DNA of 48,847 nt from Chiloscyllium plagiosum. Lineage: Eukaryota. A program made the translations under genes and the position numbers. This document shows, piece by piece, positions 47,103 through 48,847 of the stretch (its first letter is position 1; each line of letters begins with the position of its first letter). The notes under the pieces are model-generated. The model saw only the letters and a list, made by a program, of their open reading frames with translations, was not told the DNA's origin and did not search any database. The DNA is taken from assembly GCF_004010195.1 (NCBI RefSeq), contig NC_057719.1, positions 1,567,736-1,616,582 of the forward strand. Direction: 5' to 3'.

Positions 47103-48847
47103 TTTTTTTATAGATATTTTTATTAAAAGTTTAACATTTTTACAAGTTTACAAAAATAAACAAAACTCTCAAGTACAAACATTGCTATACAATTAAATCT
47201 TAAATATATAATATCCAAAATTTAACAAAAGAAAAATACCGAGAGAAAAAAAACAAAACTCAACTCACTACTAATCTAACCTACAACTAACCAGAGTGTA
47301 TATTTAAGTCTCTTACATTATTCAAATAAGAGAAAGAGAAAAAAAAACAGCGGATAACACAGAAATTGGGTAGTGAGATACATGCTCGGAATGTGTTAAC
47401 ATAGGAAGTCAAGGGGAATACATTCCATAATTAATCTGTGCCAATTTGAAAGTCCAGGGGGGGCCCCTCAGCCACCCAGTTTACCAAAATATTTTTCCTT
47501 GCACAGAAAGAGAGAATAGAAAATAGTCTCTTTCCATGCATGTCCAGGGAGGATAAGTTCGAAAAGCCCAAAAGGAGAGATACGGGGTCCACTTTAATTT
47601 CCGTTCCTAAAATTTCTGTCAGGGTACTTGCTACTTTAGTCCAGTATCTACGGATCTTATGACAGGTCCATAGACAATGTACAAGAGTGCCCACCTCTAT
47701 TTTACATTTGGGACACATTGGGGATGCCCCTGCCTTAAATTTTGCCAATCGATCTGATGCTATATGGGCCCTATGAAGTATCTTCAGCTGGATAGCCTGA
47801 GTTCTGTTACAGGTGGTGATTCTTCTGGCGTTTTCCCAAATGCCATTCCACGTTTCTATAGAGATTTCTAGTCTCAATTCCTGATCCCATGTTTTAAGCA
47901 GATTGTCCATATCTCCCGATACTTCTTCATGTAGTAAATGATAAATAGTACTGATGGAAGATACCCCATTGGTCGTAGTACTCTACATTCTCTATCTGAT
48001 TTATAAAGACTATCTAATAACGTAGTCTTCTTCTGTGTATAGAAGAATTTGGAAGTATCGATAGAGGTCTCCATGAGGTAATCCGAATTTCTGACGTAGC
48101 TGTTCAAAAGACATCAGGACCCCATCCTTAAATAGATCCCCTAGACATGAGATAACCCTGGATCTCCAGAGTTTAAAAGTGGCATCTGTAAACCCTGGTT
48201 GGAATCCCCATGCTCCCACTATCGGCGCATAGGGAGATGTTTTATGTGAGTTGCCCTCATTTTGCCGCATTATATTCCAAGCTTTAATTGTATTTAGTAT
48301 TATAGGGTTTTTACAGTGATCCGTAATGATTTTCTTCTTGTCTGAAAACTAAAGGTTAATAAGTGGGTATTTTACTTGAGAGGCCTCGATGTCCAACCAG
48401 ATTGATTGTGGATCAGACAAGACCCGATCAGCTATGTAACTTAATAAGGAACTTAACTGATATTTCCTAAAATCTGTGGAAATCCAATCCTCCCCTTGCT
48501 GTAGCTTCTTCAGCTTAATGAGGGGCCGTCTATGATTCCAGATAAAGGAATCCAACCAGCCATTTAATTTACGTAGAGCCATCCTCAGCAGCATCACCGA
48601 AAGCATTCTCATAGGGTATAGGAGACGGGGCAGGACATTCATTTTAATGATTCCAGATAAAGGAATCCAACCAGCCATTTAATTTACGTAGAGCCATCCT
48701 CAGCAGCATCACCGAAAGCATTCTCATAGGGTATAGGAGACGGGGCAGGACATTCATTTTAATTAGTGCTATTCTACCCAACCAGGAAATTGGAAGGTCT
48801 CCCCATCGCTGGACGTCCTGCCTTATCCTTTCCAGTAAATGCACAAA
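47103..48847 (-). mobile_element. L1-clade LINE ORF2 C-terminal region, 3' UTR and poly(A) end; runs off the window end
   Basis: LPISWLGRIALIKMNVLPRLLY and zinc knuckle CPKCKIEVGTLVHCLWTC. Minus-strand AATAAA (47119-47124) precedes an A7 tract. Confidence 0.92.
48532..48763. repeat. Perfect 115-bp tandem duplication within L1 ORF2
   Basis: 48532-48646 equals 48647-48761, with AT microhomology at the junction. Confidence 0.95.

Overview
Eukaryotic, repeat-rich genomic DNA from a cartilaginous fish (shark), judged from the HE1-type and DeuSINE-type SINEs and abundant CR1 LINEs. The window lies inside the BRF1 gene (+ strand), of which one 73-bp coding exon (16222-16294) is visible. The following intron carries a complete nested antisense BTBD6 gene (- strand, coding exons 26627 to 24162) in a nearly transposon-free island. 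The rest is mostly decayed retroelements: CR1, L2, Rex1/Babar, L1, Penelope-like elements (PLE) and SINEs. The most striking unannotated structure is a set of short fold-back insertions from at least three PLE terminal-repeat families. Most have 12-17 bp target-site duplications and a ~28-35 nt unpaired tail, and several carry minimal hammerhead ribozyme motifs (CUGANGA...GAAA..UH) on one or both strands. One hammerhead (20549-20583) looks intact. Other oddities are a Gmr1/SCAN-like Gypsy gag fragment between two tandem CR1 copies, a tailless SINE head with a 41-bp duplication, and a perfect 115-bp duplication in the L1. All homology calls come from recalled family sequences, not database searches, and repeat boundaries are approximate.
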